Source of the DNA: an uncultured virus (IMG/VR IMGVR_UViG_3300007963_000001)
Lineage: Duplodnaviria > Heunggongvirae > Uroviricota > Caudoviricetes
Strand: one strand, 5' to 3'
DNA: 64,000 nt
IMG/VR virus record: IMGVR_UViG_3300007963_000001
Shown here: positions 29,231 through 39,766 of the stretch, one piece after another
Layout of the letters: the number at the start of each line of letters is the position of its first letter
How positions within the stretch are numbered: position 1 is the first letter of the stretch
Notes under the pieces: generated by a model
What the model was told of the DNA's origin: nothing
What the model saw: the letters and a program-made list of their open reading frames with translations, nothing else
Database searches by the model: none
Made by a program: the position numbers and the translations under genes

Positions 29231-30396
29231 GCAAAGTTCTTCCTGATTTTCTCAATGATTGCAACTTGCTTTGGAGTTAATTCCTGACCCATGATTACTC
29301 TGAGTCTGACGGACTCGCAGAAGTTCCTCTCCCATGTGTTGAGTTGCCTCAGACTGCCTGACCATGCAATGTCCTTTTCGACAGTCAACCACTGGTTTAT
29401 TTCAGATGCTAATTCCGGTATTTCAACCGACTCAGGATTGTGCTTCAAATCGTATTTCGTCATGACCTCTTGTTGGAATCTCTTGTAGCCACCATATATC
29501 CTGTGTTGACCGAGAAGCCTGATTTTTCGTTCTGTCTTTACAGCCATGTTTTTCTCCCAGCCGTTAAGGTCATTCTCCAACTCATTACACACTCGTATGA
29601 AAGCGTCTGCTTCCTTGCCCCATTCGTTCCTCAATTCAGCCATCTTCTGAGCCATTTCTGTCTGCCTCTTTTGGTGTTCTTCTGCGGCCTTTCTCCGTTG
29701 CTCTCGATACTCTGAAAGCCTCTGTGAATACTCCTGATATTCTTGCTCGGCAGTGAGCATGAACTCATCCCACTGTCGAGATAGTTTTGGACTCGGATAT
29801 CCATGTGAGATTAGACGCTTGACCATGTTCCTGTGAATTGCTCTCCACAGTTTCTTGCGAGGGTCACTACGAGCAAAGAATTGATTCTCCGCCATCATCC
29901 CCTGAAACCTCTCTAAGTCAGACAAAACTGATGGGTATTTCTGAGTGAATGTTTTCTTGTTGAATTGGTGTCTTGCTTCTTTCATATTGGTCTTGAGATA
30001 TTCCTTCTTCTCATCACCATCTAACACCTTCCCATTGACCTCTATTTCGACATAGCGATACACGCATACATTGCCAACCATAATCTCCCTATCAGCCACA
30101 TCATCATGCAAGATACAGTTCTCAACTATTGGGTGCTTCCCACATAGCGCACAGGTATCTCTTTGACCATAGACAGACTTGGTGTATTTCCAATCAGACT
30201 TGAAGTCGTTGTATGGTCTAATCGAACCCACATCAGAAACTATCCGAGATACTTTGGCGAGGCTGATTACCTGACGCTTCACAGTTCCACTCGTTCCTTC
30301 CGCCAATGCCTCATACAACTCGGCTGGCATCTTACCTGCTTTTGCTTGACGACCCCACCTGTGGGCTTGTCTAACTAACACCGCATCCTGTTCCAT
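29227..30396 (-). CDS. Zinc-finger/coiled-coil protein
   Basis: CALCGKHPI...VGNVC; C-terminal F..S...G..LTPKQ module. Confidence 0.75.
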   Translation of the reverse strand: MEQDAVLVRQAHRWGRQAKAGKMPAELYEALAEGTSGTVKRQVISLAKVSRIVSDVGSIRPYNDFKSDWKYTKSVYGQRDTCALCGKHPIVENCILHDDVADREIMVGNVCVYRYVEIEVNGKVLDGDEKKEYLKTNMKEARHQFNKKTFTQKYPSVLSDLERFQGMMAENQFFARSDPRKKLWRAIHRNMVKRLISHGYPSPKLSRQWDEFMLTAEQEYQEYSQRLSEYREQRRKAAEEHQKRQTEMAQKMAELRNEWGKEADAFIRVCNELENDLNGWEKNMAVKTERKIRLLGQHRIYGGYKRFQQEVMTKYDLKHNPESVEIPELASEINQWLTVEKDIAWSGSLRQLNTWERNFCESVRLRVIMGQELTPKQVAIIEKIRKNFA

Positions 30397-30485
30397 ATCA
30401 TCTCAGGATTCACCCACCGTTATCAACAAAACTATCTTGGTGTCGAACTCGACATTCGACCACTGAAAAAACGATGCTCGGCGCA

Positions 30486-30577
30486 GTCAGAAAATGCAAT
30501 TTTGATACCCAAAACCATTGATTTTCGGGAATCATTGATATAGGGGAAGCCCTGCGTAGGTCATTACATGACCTACG
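30486..30577 (+). promoter_or_regulatory. Class-I promoter with start-codon hairpin
   Basis: 22-mer identical to the reverse complement of 20031-20052, ATTGATATAGGG, CGTAGGTCAT-TAC-ATGACCTACG. Confidence 0.8.
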
Positions 30578-30993
30578 GGGATAACACACGAAGAACACCA
30601 AACCTACACCCACACGCTCTGCAAAGAGTGGATGAGAGGCTTGTCGGAGATGAAGCACAAAAGGTAATCTCGGCAGTCAAGAAAGCCTGTGCAAAGTATG
30701 GAAGCAAGTCAATCGGAATCATCGCTCACGACATCGGCGCACAGAGAGGCCAAGCATGGGGCGCAAAGAGCAACGGCAACATGGTAGTCGTCATAGTCAG
30801 GCATGGACAGGTCAAGACTGTCTATCTCCGAAGGGCAACTCAGACATTCGACCTCTCGGTATCTCGCACCGACACTCTCGTTGATATGACTGGCCGTGTC
30901 CTGTCGAACCCGATACGCCGCAATCCTCACGGTGGCCGCAGAAATGGTCGCCGTGATGAGCCACGAAACATCTTCGCAATGAGGGGGAACTGA
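30568..30993 (+). CDS. RelE/DUF4258-like putative RNase-fold protein
   Basis: HALQRVDER...VVIVRHGQVKTVY. Confidence 0.55.
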   Translation: MTYGDNTRRTPNLHPHALQRVDERLVGDEAQKVISAVKKACAKYGSKSIGIIAHDIGAQRGQAWGAKSNGNMVVVIVRHGQVKTVYLRRATQTFDLSVSRTDTLVDMTGRVLSNPIRRNPHGGRRNGRRDEPRNIFAMRGN

Positions 30994-30995
30994 AT

Positions 30996-31235
30996 ATGAA
31001 AATCATAATCTCAAACTGTGTTGTCGGATGTGATGCAAAAACCAATCTCAGAATCGTTGAATATGCACAGGGCAGAAAGCACCTTTGCCCTGTGTGTGGA
31101 GAGGAATGTTTGGCAACAATAGTCGGCAGTAAGAGCAACGAGTTTGAAATCAAATATCTTGGAAAGGAACAGTGGACAATCTCAGAGTTCTCGGCGTTTG
31201 CCGAAGCATGGGGAATGACTAACTGGGGGAACTGA
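30996..31235 (+). CDS. Small zinc-binding protein
   Basis: CVVGC...CPVC; preceded by gggaactgaatATG. Confidence 0.65.
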   Translation: MKIIISNCVVGCDAKTNLRIVEYAQGRKHLCPVCGEECLATIVGSKSNEFEIKYLGKEQWTISEFSAFAEAWGMTNWGN

Positions 31236-31237
31236 AT

Positions 31238-31612
31238 ATGAAAGCAACACGACAATACAAGAACGAAAAAACAGGAATTGAATACGAAAGAACGCCAAAG
31301 ATTGACCCTGAAAATCTGAACTTCGCATTCGGAACAAGGAGAGTCCACATTGTAGTGGATATCGCTGAGTATGCACAGAAGTATGCTGGCTGGAAGAATG
31401 AAGATGGAACATGGGAAATTGAACCATCAATTGACTGGTATGCAAGTGCAAGAGTTGCTTGCGGCCACTACCGAAGTGCAACTGGTCGCATCACCTTCGA
31501 CCAATACAACGGTGCAGAGAAGGATGCAAAAATATGGAATGACCGCCCTGAGATGCGATGCGAACACTGTGTCGCAATGCTTAGAGTTGCTAACAGAAAG
31601 AACACTAACTGA
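31238..31612 (+). CDS. Hypothetical protein
   Basis: 124 aa; CGH...CEHC; same gggaactgaatATG junction. Confidence 0.65.
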   Translation: MKATRQYKNEKTGIEYERTPKIDPENLNFAFGTRRVHIVVDIAEYAQKYAGWKNEDGTWEIEPSIDWYASARVACGHYRSATGRITFDQYNGAEKDAKIWNDRPEMRCEHCVAMLRVANRKNTN

Positions 31613-33344
31613 GATGGCGTTTGAGCCATGTTGGAGTTTCACCGATTGCGCCCCTAAACCAATGGGGCAAAAGGTGTGAGTTCATCCTCGCAAATCTTGC
31701 CCATGAACCATCGAGAATGAACAGGTCGCCTTTGTCGGTTGGACTCCTGATTATTCGCCCTGCACCCTGCACCAGTTTCAGAGCCGTTTGGAGTTGATAC
31801 CAAGCCTTGCATGGGGCTGGGCAATTGAACGACCCACAGAGGCCGTTAGAATACTTGTTAGGGGGTTCGTAGGGGCAGTCGGGGGTTGATTCATACTTGG
31901 CTCTCCAAGCGTGTTCATCTTCCTGTAATCGTTGCTCTATCACGGCATCTCCTTTGATGGGCAGATAGGGAACTTTGCAGATGACCAACCACTCTGCCAA
32001 CTTGCCTTTGAAATCGAATCCTTGACCAACATAGGTGCTGATGAGAACGAGGCTGGAATCATCACTGGTGAAGAAGTGGTTGAGCGCAACATCTCTTGCT
32101 CTTGGGTTGGAGTCATGGGTGACTATCCTATCTCCATATCCGAGTTCTTTCAGACCATCCACAATTGCATTTCTGATGTAGTGGCTATGAGGCAAAACAA
32201 CTCCCCTTCGATTTGGGTTTCTATCCATGATGGCGGCGATTGCTTTGACCTGTTTCAGAACTGATTTATCACGCTTGGAATATGACATCGAACCGCATGG
32301 TGCATAATGGATTTTGAAGTTCTCAGGAGGGAATGGAGATTTGGTGATATTGACGAACAGATTCTTCTGATTCTCAAGGCCAAGACCTGAGAGAAAAGTA
32401 TCGGCATCCAGTATTGTAGCCGATAGGAAAATCCGTTTCTTGGAAAGTCGTTCCAGCATATCCGATGCCAGCCTGTCGACACGGACAGGTCGCACCTTGA
32501 GATATCGCCCAGTTCGGTCAGATTCATTTTCAACTACAACTCGATTTGGTTCTTTGAGAAGTTCAAGCAAAGTCGAGGTCTTGCCCAGCAACTTCCGATA
32601 CCTTTCAACTTCCTTCTCATCTTCCTTCAATTCTGCTAACTCGATACCTGCTTCTGCCGCCCTGTGTAATTCTGTGATTGGGGGAATCCAATCAGCCGCA
32701 TGATAGTGCATTGGAAAGTTGGTTGTCGAGCCATGTGCAAGACCCCAATCTCTGAGTGTGATTTTGGTTTCAAAGAGGCCGAGAAGAAACGACTCCATGT
32801 CATGTGCTTCATCCACGATTGCGAACTCTCTCTGCCCGAAGTTTTTGTCGCCTTGAATCAGTCTGAATAGATATGATGGATTCGACAAAACCAATCGTGA
32901 GTTTGCCGCTTCAAACTTCTGTTCGTAGTAGGGGCATGGGTCATCCTCTTTGGTATGAGGACACGACCTCTTTGCACCATAGCAAGGCGCACCATCTGCT
33001 GTGCCTTCCCTGACCCAACACGCGAAGTTATTGCGCCCCTTGATTTCCTTCAATGATGAACCGTAATCTCGCTTGTATTGCTCAGTCAATCCCAGTGTCG
33101 GTGCGAGTAGGTATGCAGATTGAAACCACTTCTGCAAAGTCATGGCTATCGCAGACTTGCCAATGCCAGTTGGTGCTTGGACTACGATGTTGTCGAAATC
33201 GTCTTTCTCCAACGCCCATTTGATTACAGACAAAGCCTCTGCCTGATATCTTCTCGGAGATGGCATTGGGAAGTCCGGTTGAATATCTTCCCAAAGGTCA
33301 GGAAGTGCCGATTTTGAGGGGATGTTGATTCTGACGACTCCCAT
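31605..33344 (-). CDS. DinG/XPD-family SF2 helicase
   Basis: QAPTGIGKS, KGRNNFAC, CPYY, DEAH, LSAT, QGAGRIIRS. Confidence 0.92.
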   Translation of the reverse strand: MGVVRINIPSKSALPDLWEDIQPDFPMPSPRRYQAEALSVIKWALEKDDFDNIVVQAPTGIGKSAIAMTLQKWFQSAYLLAPTLGLTEQYKRDYGSSLKEIKGRNNFACWVREGTADGAPCYGAKRSCPHTKEDDPCPYYEQKFEAANSRLVLSNPSYLFRLIQGDKNFGQREFAIVDEAHDMESFLLGLFETKITLRDWGLAHGSTTNFPMHYHAADWIPPITELHRAAEAGIELAELKEDEKEVERYRKLLGKTSTLLELLKEPNRVVVENESDRTGRYLKVRPVRVDRLASDMLERLSKKRIFLSATILDADTFLSGLGLENQKNLFVNITKSPFPPENFKIHYAPCGSMSYSKRDKSVLKQVKAIAAIMDRNPNRRGVVLPHSHYIRNAIVDGLKELGYGDRIVTHDSNPRARDVALNHFFTSDDSSLVLISTYVGQGFDFKGKLAEWLVICKVPYLPIKGDAVIEQRLQEDEHAWRAKYESTPDCPYEPPNKYSNGLCGSFNCPAPCKAWYQLQTALKLVQGAGRIIRSPTDKGDLFILDGSWARFARMNSHLLPHWFRGAIGETPTWLKRHLS

Positions 33345-33366
33345 AGCCTACGATTTTACCCCCACC

Positions 33367-33464
33367 GATATGAATAGAGCCGTTCTGCGGCCACCATTTG
33401 TATTTCAGGTCAATACCTACCACCAATAGAAAAGACACGCTTAGAACACCACTATTTTGATATC
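33367..33464. repeat. Dispersed ~90-bp element, copy 3
   Basis: gatatgaatagagccgttctgcggcc...caggtcaatacctaccac...ttttgatatc. Confidence 0.7.
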
Positions 33465-33485
33465 TGTAATAGTCAGATATCAGAA

Positions 33486-34595
33486 TCAGATACTTTGACC
33501 AGCCGCAAATCGGATTGCAGTGATGAAATCAGCCTCTTGTCTGCCTACCGTCATTGATATCGTGGTATCTTCGGGAGTCAATGTCCATGAGAACTGAAAC
33601 ACCATCTGTTTTCCAGCCAACCCACCTTCGATTGATTTGAACTCAATGATATCGCCACATTCGATATCCAATCTGTTTGGTATTGCTTCCACTACCCATC
33701 TCGTTTTGTCTTGCCCAACTTGATTGAGAATCTGCCTTGCAAACAATCTCGCAGAAGCCTCATCTTGAATTGACGATTCCTCATACAATCTATGGACTGG
33801 ATTTACAGGTGTCGTTGTTGGTTCTGATACAATCAAGTCGATTGAACTATTCTGAACAGTCACTAAATTGATGAGGTCATCGTCATCTTCTTCTCTTGTG
33901 ATGTAAGTCGGAATGAAATCTAATGGTGCAGTAGTTCTTGGAAAACGACCAGCGAGGTATGGGATGACCGTTGATTCACTGACTGCTGGAAGCCTGTCGA
34001 ACTCGACATACTTGTGCTGGAGATTTCCTTTGAGTCTGAACAGTTTTGGTGTTGCATTGATGAGATTGAGAATAGTCATCATTCCTTCCAATCTTGTTTT
34101 TCCTTTCAGAGATATTGTTGAAGGAATCTTCACTCCTGTTTGATTGAGCATTCTGCCAAGACTCGGCAACAACTCGTATGCACTATCACTCACTATCTCT
34201 TTGAGAATATCTGCACCATCTGCACCAGTCTGAATGCTCGCTGGATTCGTCAAAATAATCTCGTTTGTAAGCCAACCCAGCGTGTCGAGTCCGACAACCC
34301 TGAACTCCTTGTCTGTGCTTTCCACCTCCATACAAAATCCATAGAACACTGGCGGCTTCGGTTTCTCAGAACCATCATCCCAAGATACAGGTGTTGCCTC
34401 TATCTTGAGTCTATCTCCCCTCGATATTTTGAAGGCTCTCTTTCCTCTCACATTAGAGAAGATGATTGTAGCCTCTCTTGGACTGTTGAGCCTCTGCTTC
34501 ATTCTGATACTCTTGACACCACTCGTAGTCACTTCTTCCCACTGCTCTGAGGAACTATTGTAATGCAGAACCGTGAGGTCAAGATGGTTGGGCAT
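33486..34595 (-). CDS. Baseplate hub/tail protein (gpD/gp27-like)
   Basis: Downstream of the tape measure; beta-rich; LDIECGDII C-terminal pattern. Confidence 0.7.
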   Translation of the reverse strand: MPNHLDLTVLHYNSSSEQWEEVTTSGVKSIRMKQRLNSPREATIIFSNVRGKRAFKISRGDRLKIEATPVSWDDGSEKPKPPVFYGFCMEVESTDKEFRVVGLDTLGWLTNEIILTNPASIQTGADGADILKEIVSDSAYELLPSLGRMLNQTGVKIPSTISLKGKTRLEGMMTILNLINATPKLFRLKGNLQHKYVEFDRLPAVSESTVIPYLAGRFPRTTAPLDFIPTYITREEDDDDLINLVTVQNSSIDLIVSEPTTTPVNPVHRLYEESSIQDEASARLFARQILNQVGQDKTRWVVEAIPNRLDIECGDIIEFKSIEGGLAGKQMVFQFSWTLTPEDTTISMTVGRQEADFITAIRFAAGQSI

Positions 34596-34627
34596 ATTGG
34601 GTCAGGAGAACCTGCGGTTCAAGACAG

Positions 34628-34981
34628 TTATGCCCAGTCTTGCAAGAACCTTTGTTGCTTGCTAACTGCGGTCAGAACAGTGTGCCTGTATATGCGACTG
34701 AACTCTCTCTTGTCTGCATCGTCAAAAATGATTTGGATAGCCCCGAACTTTGTGGTGTCGAGTGGTTGTGCATCAGCAGTGACAGAGTGTAGGACATTCC
34801 AACTCTCGTTGCCCATTTCCTCAACCTGCATGATGGGCATATCTGCGAGTGTCTTACCTTTGTCTGCAAGTGCAGATTGAGCCATGTCCAGTGTTTCCAA
34901 GATGTGTTGCTCAATCAAGGCTGTCTTGATGCCAGCAATTATCTCTCTCATCTCATTCGCTTCGTCATCGTCTATGTTCAT
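34628..34981 (-). CDS. Hypothetical protein (start moved to ATG 34981)
   Basis: MNIDDDEAN...; class-II promoter 17 nt upstream. Confidence 0.7.
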   Translation of the reverse strand: MNIDDDEANEMREIIAGIKTALIEQHILETLDMAQSALADKGKTLADMPIMQVEEMGNESWNVLHSVTADAQPLDTTKFGAIQIIFDDADKREFSRIYRHTVLTAVSKQQRFLQDWA

Positions 34982-35023
34982 GTTCGACAATAATATCCCC
35001 ACCGTTATCAATGAATCGCTTTC

Positions 35024-38000
35024 TCAAGAATCAATAATGAAGGTTGCTTTGTATGGTGTTTCACCATGCGACCCACCTTCCCTTTCGTAATCGAAATCAA
35101 TCATCCTTCCAGTGAATCTCTGAACAGATGAACCACCACCCCACTTGGTAGTTTCCCATTCGATATACAGGAGTGTTCCATTCGACAGGTAAGTTTCCAT
35201 CTGCAAGATGTCAGTCGTAGCGGTTGCCTTGAGGAAAGAACCACCCAGCACAAACCTCTCGTTTCTGCTTCCCATATCAGTCACATCAGGGAACTCGGAA
35301 TCCAAGACTGGAACAGATACCATATTGGAAGTTCTCTGAGCATTGAATGAACTTGGTCTTGTGTTGAGATTCCCAATTAAATCGACTGCTGTGTTTGTTG
35401 GAAGAACCTTCAATATCACTGTCGCTGTCGCAGATGTATTGACAGGATTCTGATTATCCTTAACCACCAGTGTTGCCTGATATTCACCCGCAGTTGAGTA
35501 TGTGACGGAGAGAGTTTTTCCGGTCTGCACCACATTGCTCGCCCCAGTTATTCCACTGTTGAATGTGTAGTTCGCAATAGCCAAGCCCGTTGTCGTTGAA
35601 GTCAGATAAGATGCAGACGCATCGAGGGTGATTGCACTACCTGCATAGATGAGTGCTGGAGATGCCTTGAGAACGGCAACTGGTATTCCTTCGACTGACG
35701 ATACTGTGAGAGTGGTGGAGGCCGCACTTTCATTGCCGTTGTCATCTTTCACATACGCTTTGGCAGAGAATGTTCCAGCCGAAGTATAGACATGACTAAC
35801 ATCGAATGTAGCAGTAGTCAATGTTTGGTCAGCAAAGTCCATCCAACCAGTGACAGAACCATCCCCAAAGTCCATCTTGAGAGATGATACTTTCCTGTCT
35901 GAATCTGTGGTCGTTCCAGTGATTCTGTATGATAGGATATTTCCAACTTTAGTTGAGATTGGAGAAGTGGTCGATGATGGGTTGTATGTATTGGCTGTGC
36001 AGACCAATGCCGCAGTTGGTTTGAGGTCATAATTAAGAGTCCAATTTCTCACCACTGGAATCTCATCCCAGTTGATAGGATGATATTGAGTTTGGTCTTT
36101 GTCAGGAATATAGAAATTGAATCTGATAACGAATCCATTGGTGTATGCGCTCGTAGGCAAATCACTCAAGTCGAGGCTACCATACCCACCCATGAACTCA
36201 AGGTCTTTGTCCTCAAATCCTGTGATGGGTGTTGATGCTTCGACTTGTATTCCGTTGAATGTGCTTGGCGGTTCTAACAAAGTCACGGTCACATTCATTC
36301 CTTTGCTATCATCTATGTTGTCGGCTTCGACACCCAATGAATTGTATTTTGATGTCGTTGTGACATTCTCAAACATCGTGTCAACCGTAAATGGAAGCAT
36401 GGTTCTCGTTGGAATCTGACGAAGAATAATCTCATCTAATTGTAAGTCATTTTGACTGGTGTTCAGGTTGGGTCTTTGCGAAATTACAGCCTGTCCAACA
36501 TTGTTAGTGACAGAGCCATTTGCACCAAGACCCAAAGCATCTCCAATCTTGATTGTCATTCCCCAAACTGAATTGGCTGAGTTCGGGTCTGTTCCGATTG
36601 TCGCTCCATCGAGAATGTAAGTCATGCCAGCCTCAGTGAAAACAGTCCTCATTGTGTGCATTCCACCCGACAATGTTTGTGGCCTTCCATAGCCGTAAGT
36701 GTTGCCTAAGTTCCCCCAACCATGATTGCCTCCAATTGTAGTTCCATCGGCGGGGATTATCGGGTTTGTAGTTGGGTCTGACGATGGGTCAATAGGGAAT
36801 CTATCATCCATAGAATTAGTCCACTTTGAAGTGAAGAAGTCAGTTGCACCACCCCACACCCAAAGCGCGGGTCTTGCTACTGTAAATGATGGATTATGTG
36901 CGCCATACAAACCACCCTGTTCAGTCGATGCTGGTGTAGTATCTTGACCCATCAGATTTGAGCCAGTTGCGGTTGGATGAGTTTGAATCCCATATCCATC
37001 CCAAACTGAATAGAACCCAAGTCCTTGCAGAAACCCATTAGTTCCACCCTGCGTCATCATGGAATGTTTGCCTGTTCTTCCATACGAAATACCATTGTCA
37101 AACTCAATCATGACAAGACGGTTTTTCTCCACTGGGATGAATGCCTTCAATTCCATATCCAACCATATTGGAGAGCAAGCCATCTCGCTTAATCCGACTC
37201 TTGTGCTTTCATGTCCTGACGCTACTTTGTTGGCTGATGCTGATATGTTCCAACCATTGATTGAAGCATCCCCAAATAGTGATGGTGAATATGCCGACCT
37301 TGTGCCAATTCTCTCCTGTGGTGGGTATGGCCTGTTCCTTCCATAAGTCCATCCTTGAGGCTTTGTCCAATCCCACGCATGAAGCCCACTCCAAGTATCA
37401 ATGAACGACCAAAATGGAATATGAACTCCCCTGAATCCCCATCTCGCACAGGGCGAACCATTGAGTGTTGAAACAGTGTTCACAAAACCGTAATCCGGCG
37501 TTTGGCCGCTTGTCTGAACAGACCCCGATGATGAGTAATACACCCTCGCCAAATCCCATCCTATTGCTGGGGGTATTCTCAACACTCCACCACCAACGCT
37601 TGACATGGTTGGTGCAGTCTGAAATGTTTCATCACCCTCTGCTCTTATTGAGATACTGCGACCTGCTATATTGCTTGCACTGGAATACACCCCTGCCGCA
37701 TTGGGTTGCTCAGGTGCATACAGAGTGCATCTTGCTGGATATGTTGAGTCTGTTGAGCCTCCGACTGGTGCAGTTGTATCGGGCTGAGATAACCCCGCCG
37801 CGAATCCGTGTCCAGTCTGAGATATTGATGAATATGCGGTGAACTTACCGTTGCTTATCTTGCGCCACGATTCATCAATCATATACAGGTTCAATGGGTT
37901 CGTGGATGATTGCATTTCTGCACCACCCATTCTTCCTTGTGAAACATATCCACTTGCTGAATGAAGCCCCTTTGTCGTTCCTGAAACACCATGCCCAACT

Positions 38001-39766
38001 TTGATTGTGAGAACTTGGTAATTTGTTTGACCGAGAATTACAGAACCTCCGATTGTCGGACTCGACACGCTATCCATAATCCACCATCCATTGTGGTTGA
38101 TGTTAGTTCCACCATCAGTTCCATCTTGCCAATTATCTTCATCTAACGCATTCCATCGAATCCCACTCGTTTCATCTGTTCCCAAAACCCCAGTTAATCC
38201 TGAGATGTAAATGGGCATTCCATGCGCCCCAGCAAACCGATACGAAGTGGAACATTTCAGATACACTTTCAGAACCCCACTGCTACTTTTCTCAACACCG
38301 AATATCTCGACCCGCTTTGGATTTGGTCTGACCAAATACTGTCTTGGCTGAATGAACTTGTCAGTTGCAAGCCAACCTCCACTGGAACTCTTTGGTTGAT
38401 TCCCCTTGATTCTCGGCCAACGATAGTGTTCAAACTCATTCACGGAGATGTCGAAATTGTTGCCCTGAGCCGAAGGTGAAATAATACCCTGCACAAAGTC
38501 GAACATCGGGTAAATCTGAGCATCGCAATCATCGGCAGTTGGCTGTGAATTACCATACCCTTTCTTTCCATCCCAAACTGCATAGAGTGTTGTGGAATTG
38601 ACTCCACCTATCGTTCTTGTTGAATCGTATGTGTAAGGCACAATGCAACCACCATTATTGAGAGTATATGTTCCATCTCTGAGGAAGCAAGCAAGAGCCA
38701 TTCTCATTCTGTATTTGGGGCTAATCGCCGCCGCAGAATCCAGTGATGCATCTGCATTGGAGAACCCCATATTCTGAGTATATCCTGACCCCTCAACTGA
38801 CCTAATTGTGTGTTGTGTTCCATCAGCAGTCACACTGGCCTGACGATATGCAGACCAAGCACCCACCGCACCCGTCAGATGGTCGCCTGAATATCCAACG
38901 ACTTTGTATCTCTGACCATCTCCACTTTGGGGGTCAGGAAGATACCGACTTATTCCACTCTCTGAATATCCATCGAACTTAGCACTGAGATTGTTTCGTG
39001 GAAATGCAAACGAGGTTTCAGCGTTTGTTGAACGCTTATCGAATTGGTTGTTGTCGAGCATCATCGGCATGAATACAGTTGCTCGCAATTTCATGTCGTT
39101 TGAATAGTTCTGAGAAGGTTTGTTCAACTCGTTAGAGGCAAGTCTTGGGTCGCCATTCATAGGGCGATTGGGTGCAGTAGCAGAAATGTTTCCTCTGCCC
39201 ATCAAACCATGAGGCATCCATGCTGGTTTGTTCTCATCGGGAATGTTAGTTGCGATGTGTCGATATGTGTCTAACATCTCAGTGAACTCTTGCACAGTCA
39301 TGAACACCATTGTTGGCGTGAAATCCAAGTTCTTTGCTGGTGAACCTGCCTGAGTAATGAACCCCCCTGAGTTGTCGCCCACACCATACAGAGTAGCATT
39401 GTTTCCATCAGCAGGTGAAGATGGTGCGATGAGCAAGAAACTGTATTGAGTGCCGTTGTAATTTACAACTGCCAAAGGAGTATGAGTTCCTGAACCTGAG
39501 ATGGTGAGTGTGTATGTTCCTGACATGGTTGAACCATCGTCATCAATTACCTCAACTCTAACGCCAGCAGTATTCGATTCATCATCGAGTCCACCTTCCT
39601 CTGATGGAGTCTTTGTGCCAAAGTTAGTTCGATAGAGAACTGGGTCGACAGAAAGACCACCAACTCCATCGTTCTTGACATAGACTGGAAACCATCTCTG
39701 CAACTCGACCAATCGGTTGCCCATTCTTGAGAATGGTTTGGTTATGTTCCTTGTGATTGAAGCCAT
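35024..39766 (-). CDS. Large minor tail protein with PKD/Ig-like domains
   Basis: 1580 aa directly after the tape measure; MDFGDG...SHVYTSAGTF and a second PKD-like repeat. Confidence 0.8.
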   Translation of the reverse strand: MASITRNITKPFSRMGNRLVELQRWFPVYVKNDGVGGLSVDPVLYRTNFGTKTPSEEGGLDDESNTAGVRVEVIDDDGSTMSGTYTLTISGSGTHTPLAVVNYNGTQYSFLLIAPSSPADGNNATLYGVGDNSGGFITQAGSPAKNLDFTPTMVFMTVQEFTEMLDTYRHIATNIPDENKPAWMPHGLMGRGNISATAPNRPMNGDPRLASNELNKPSQNYSNDMKLRATVFMPMMLDNNQFDKRSTNAETSFAFPRNNLSAKFDGYSESGISRYLPDPQSGDGQRYKVVGYSGDHLTGAVGAWSAYRQASVTADGTQHTIRSVEGSGYTQNMGFSNADASLDSAAAISPKYRMRMALACFLRDGTYTLNNGGCIVPYTYDSTRTIGGVNSTTLYAVWDGKKGYGNSQPTADDCDAQIYPMFDFVQGIISPSAQGNNFDISVNEFEHYRWPRIKGNQPKSSSGGWLATDKFIQPRQYLVRPNPKRVEIFGVEKSSSGVLKVYLKCSTSYRFAGAHGMPIYISGLTGVLGTDETSGIRWNALDEDNWQDGTDGGTNINHNGWWIMDSVSSPTIGGSVILGQTNYQVLTIKVGHGVSGTTKGLHSASGYVSQGRMGGAEMQSSTNPLNLYMIDESWRKISNGKFTAYSSISQTGHGFAAGLSQPDTTAPVGGSTDSTYPARCTLYAPEQPNAAGVYSSASNIAGRSISIRAEGDETFQTAPTMSSVGGGVLRIPPAIGWDLARVYYSSSGSVQTSGQTPDYGFVNTVSTLNGSPCARWGFRGVHIPFWSFIDTWSGLHAWDWTKPQGWTYGRNRPYPPQERIGTRSAYSPSLFGDASINGWNISASANKVASGHESTRVGLSEMACSPIWLDMELKAFIPVEKNRLVMIEFDNGISYGRTGKHSMMTQGGTNGFLQGLGFYSVWDGYGIQTHPTATGSNLMGQDTTPASTEQGGLYGAHNPSFTVARPALWVWGGATDFFTSKWTNSMDDRFPIDPSSDPTTNPIIPADGTTIGGNHGWGNLGNTYGYGRPQTLSGGMHTMRTVFTEAGMTYILDGATIGTDPNSANSVWGMTIKIGDALGLGANGSVTNNVGQAVISQRPNLNTSQNDLQLDEIILRQIPTRTMLPFTVDTMFENVTTTSKYNSLGVEADNIDDSKGMNVTVTLLEPPSTFNGIQVEASTPITGFEDKDLEFMGGYGSLDLSDLPTSAYTNGFVIRFNFYIPDKDQTQYHPINWDEIPVVRNWTLNYDLKPTAALVCTANTYNPSSTTSPISTKVGNILSYRITGTTTDSDRKVSSLKMDFGDGSVTGWMDFADQTLTTATFDVSHVYTSAGTFSAKAYVKDDNGNESAASTTLTVSSVEGIPVAVLKASPALIYAGSAITLDASASYLTSTTTGLAIANYTFNSGITGASNVVQTGKTLSVTYSTAGEYQATLVVKDNQNPVNTSATATVILKVLPTNTAVDLIGNLNTRPSSFNAQRTSNMVSVPVLDSEFPDVTDMGSRNERFVLGGSFLKATATTDILQMETYLSNGTLLYIEWETTKWGGGSSVQRFTGRMIDFDYEREGGSHGETPYKATFIIDS

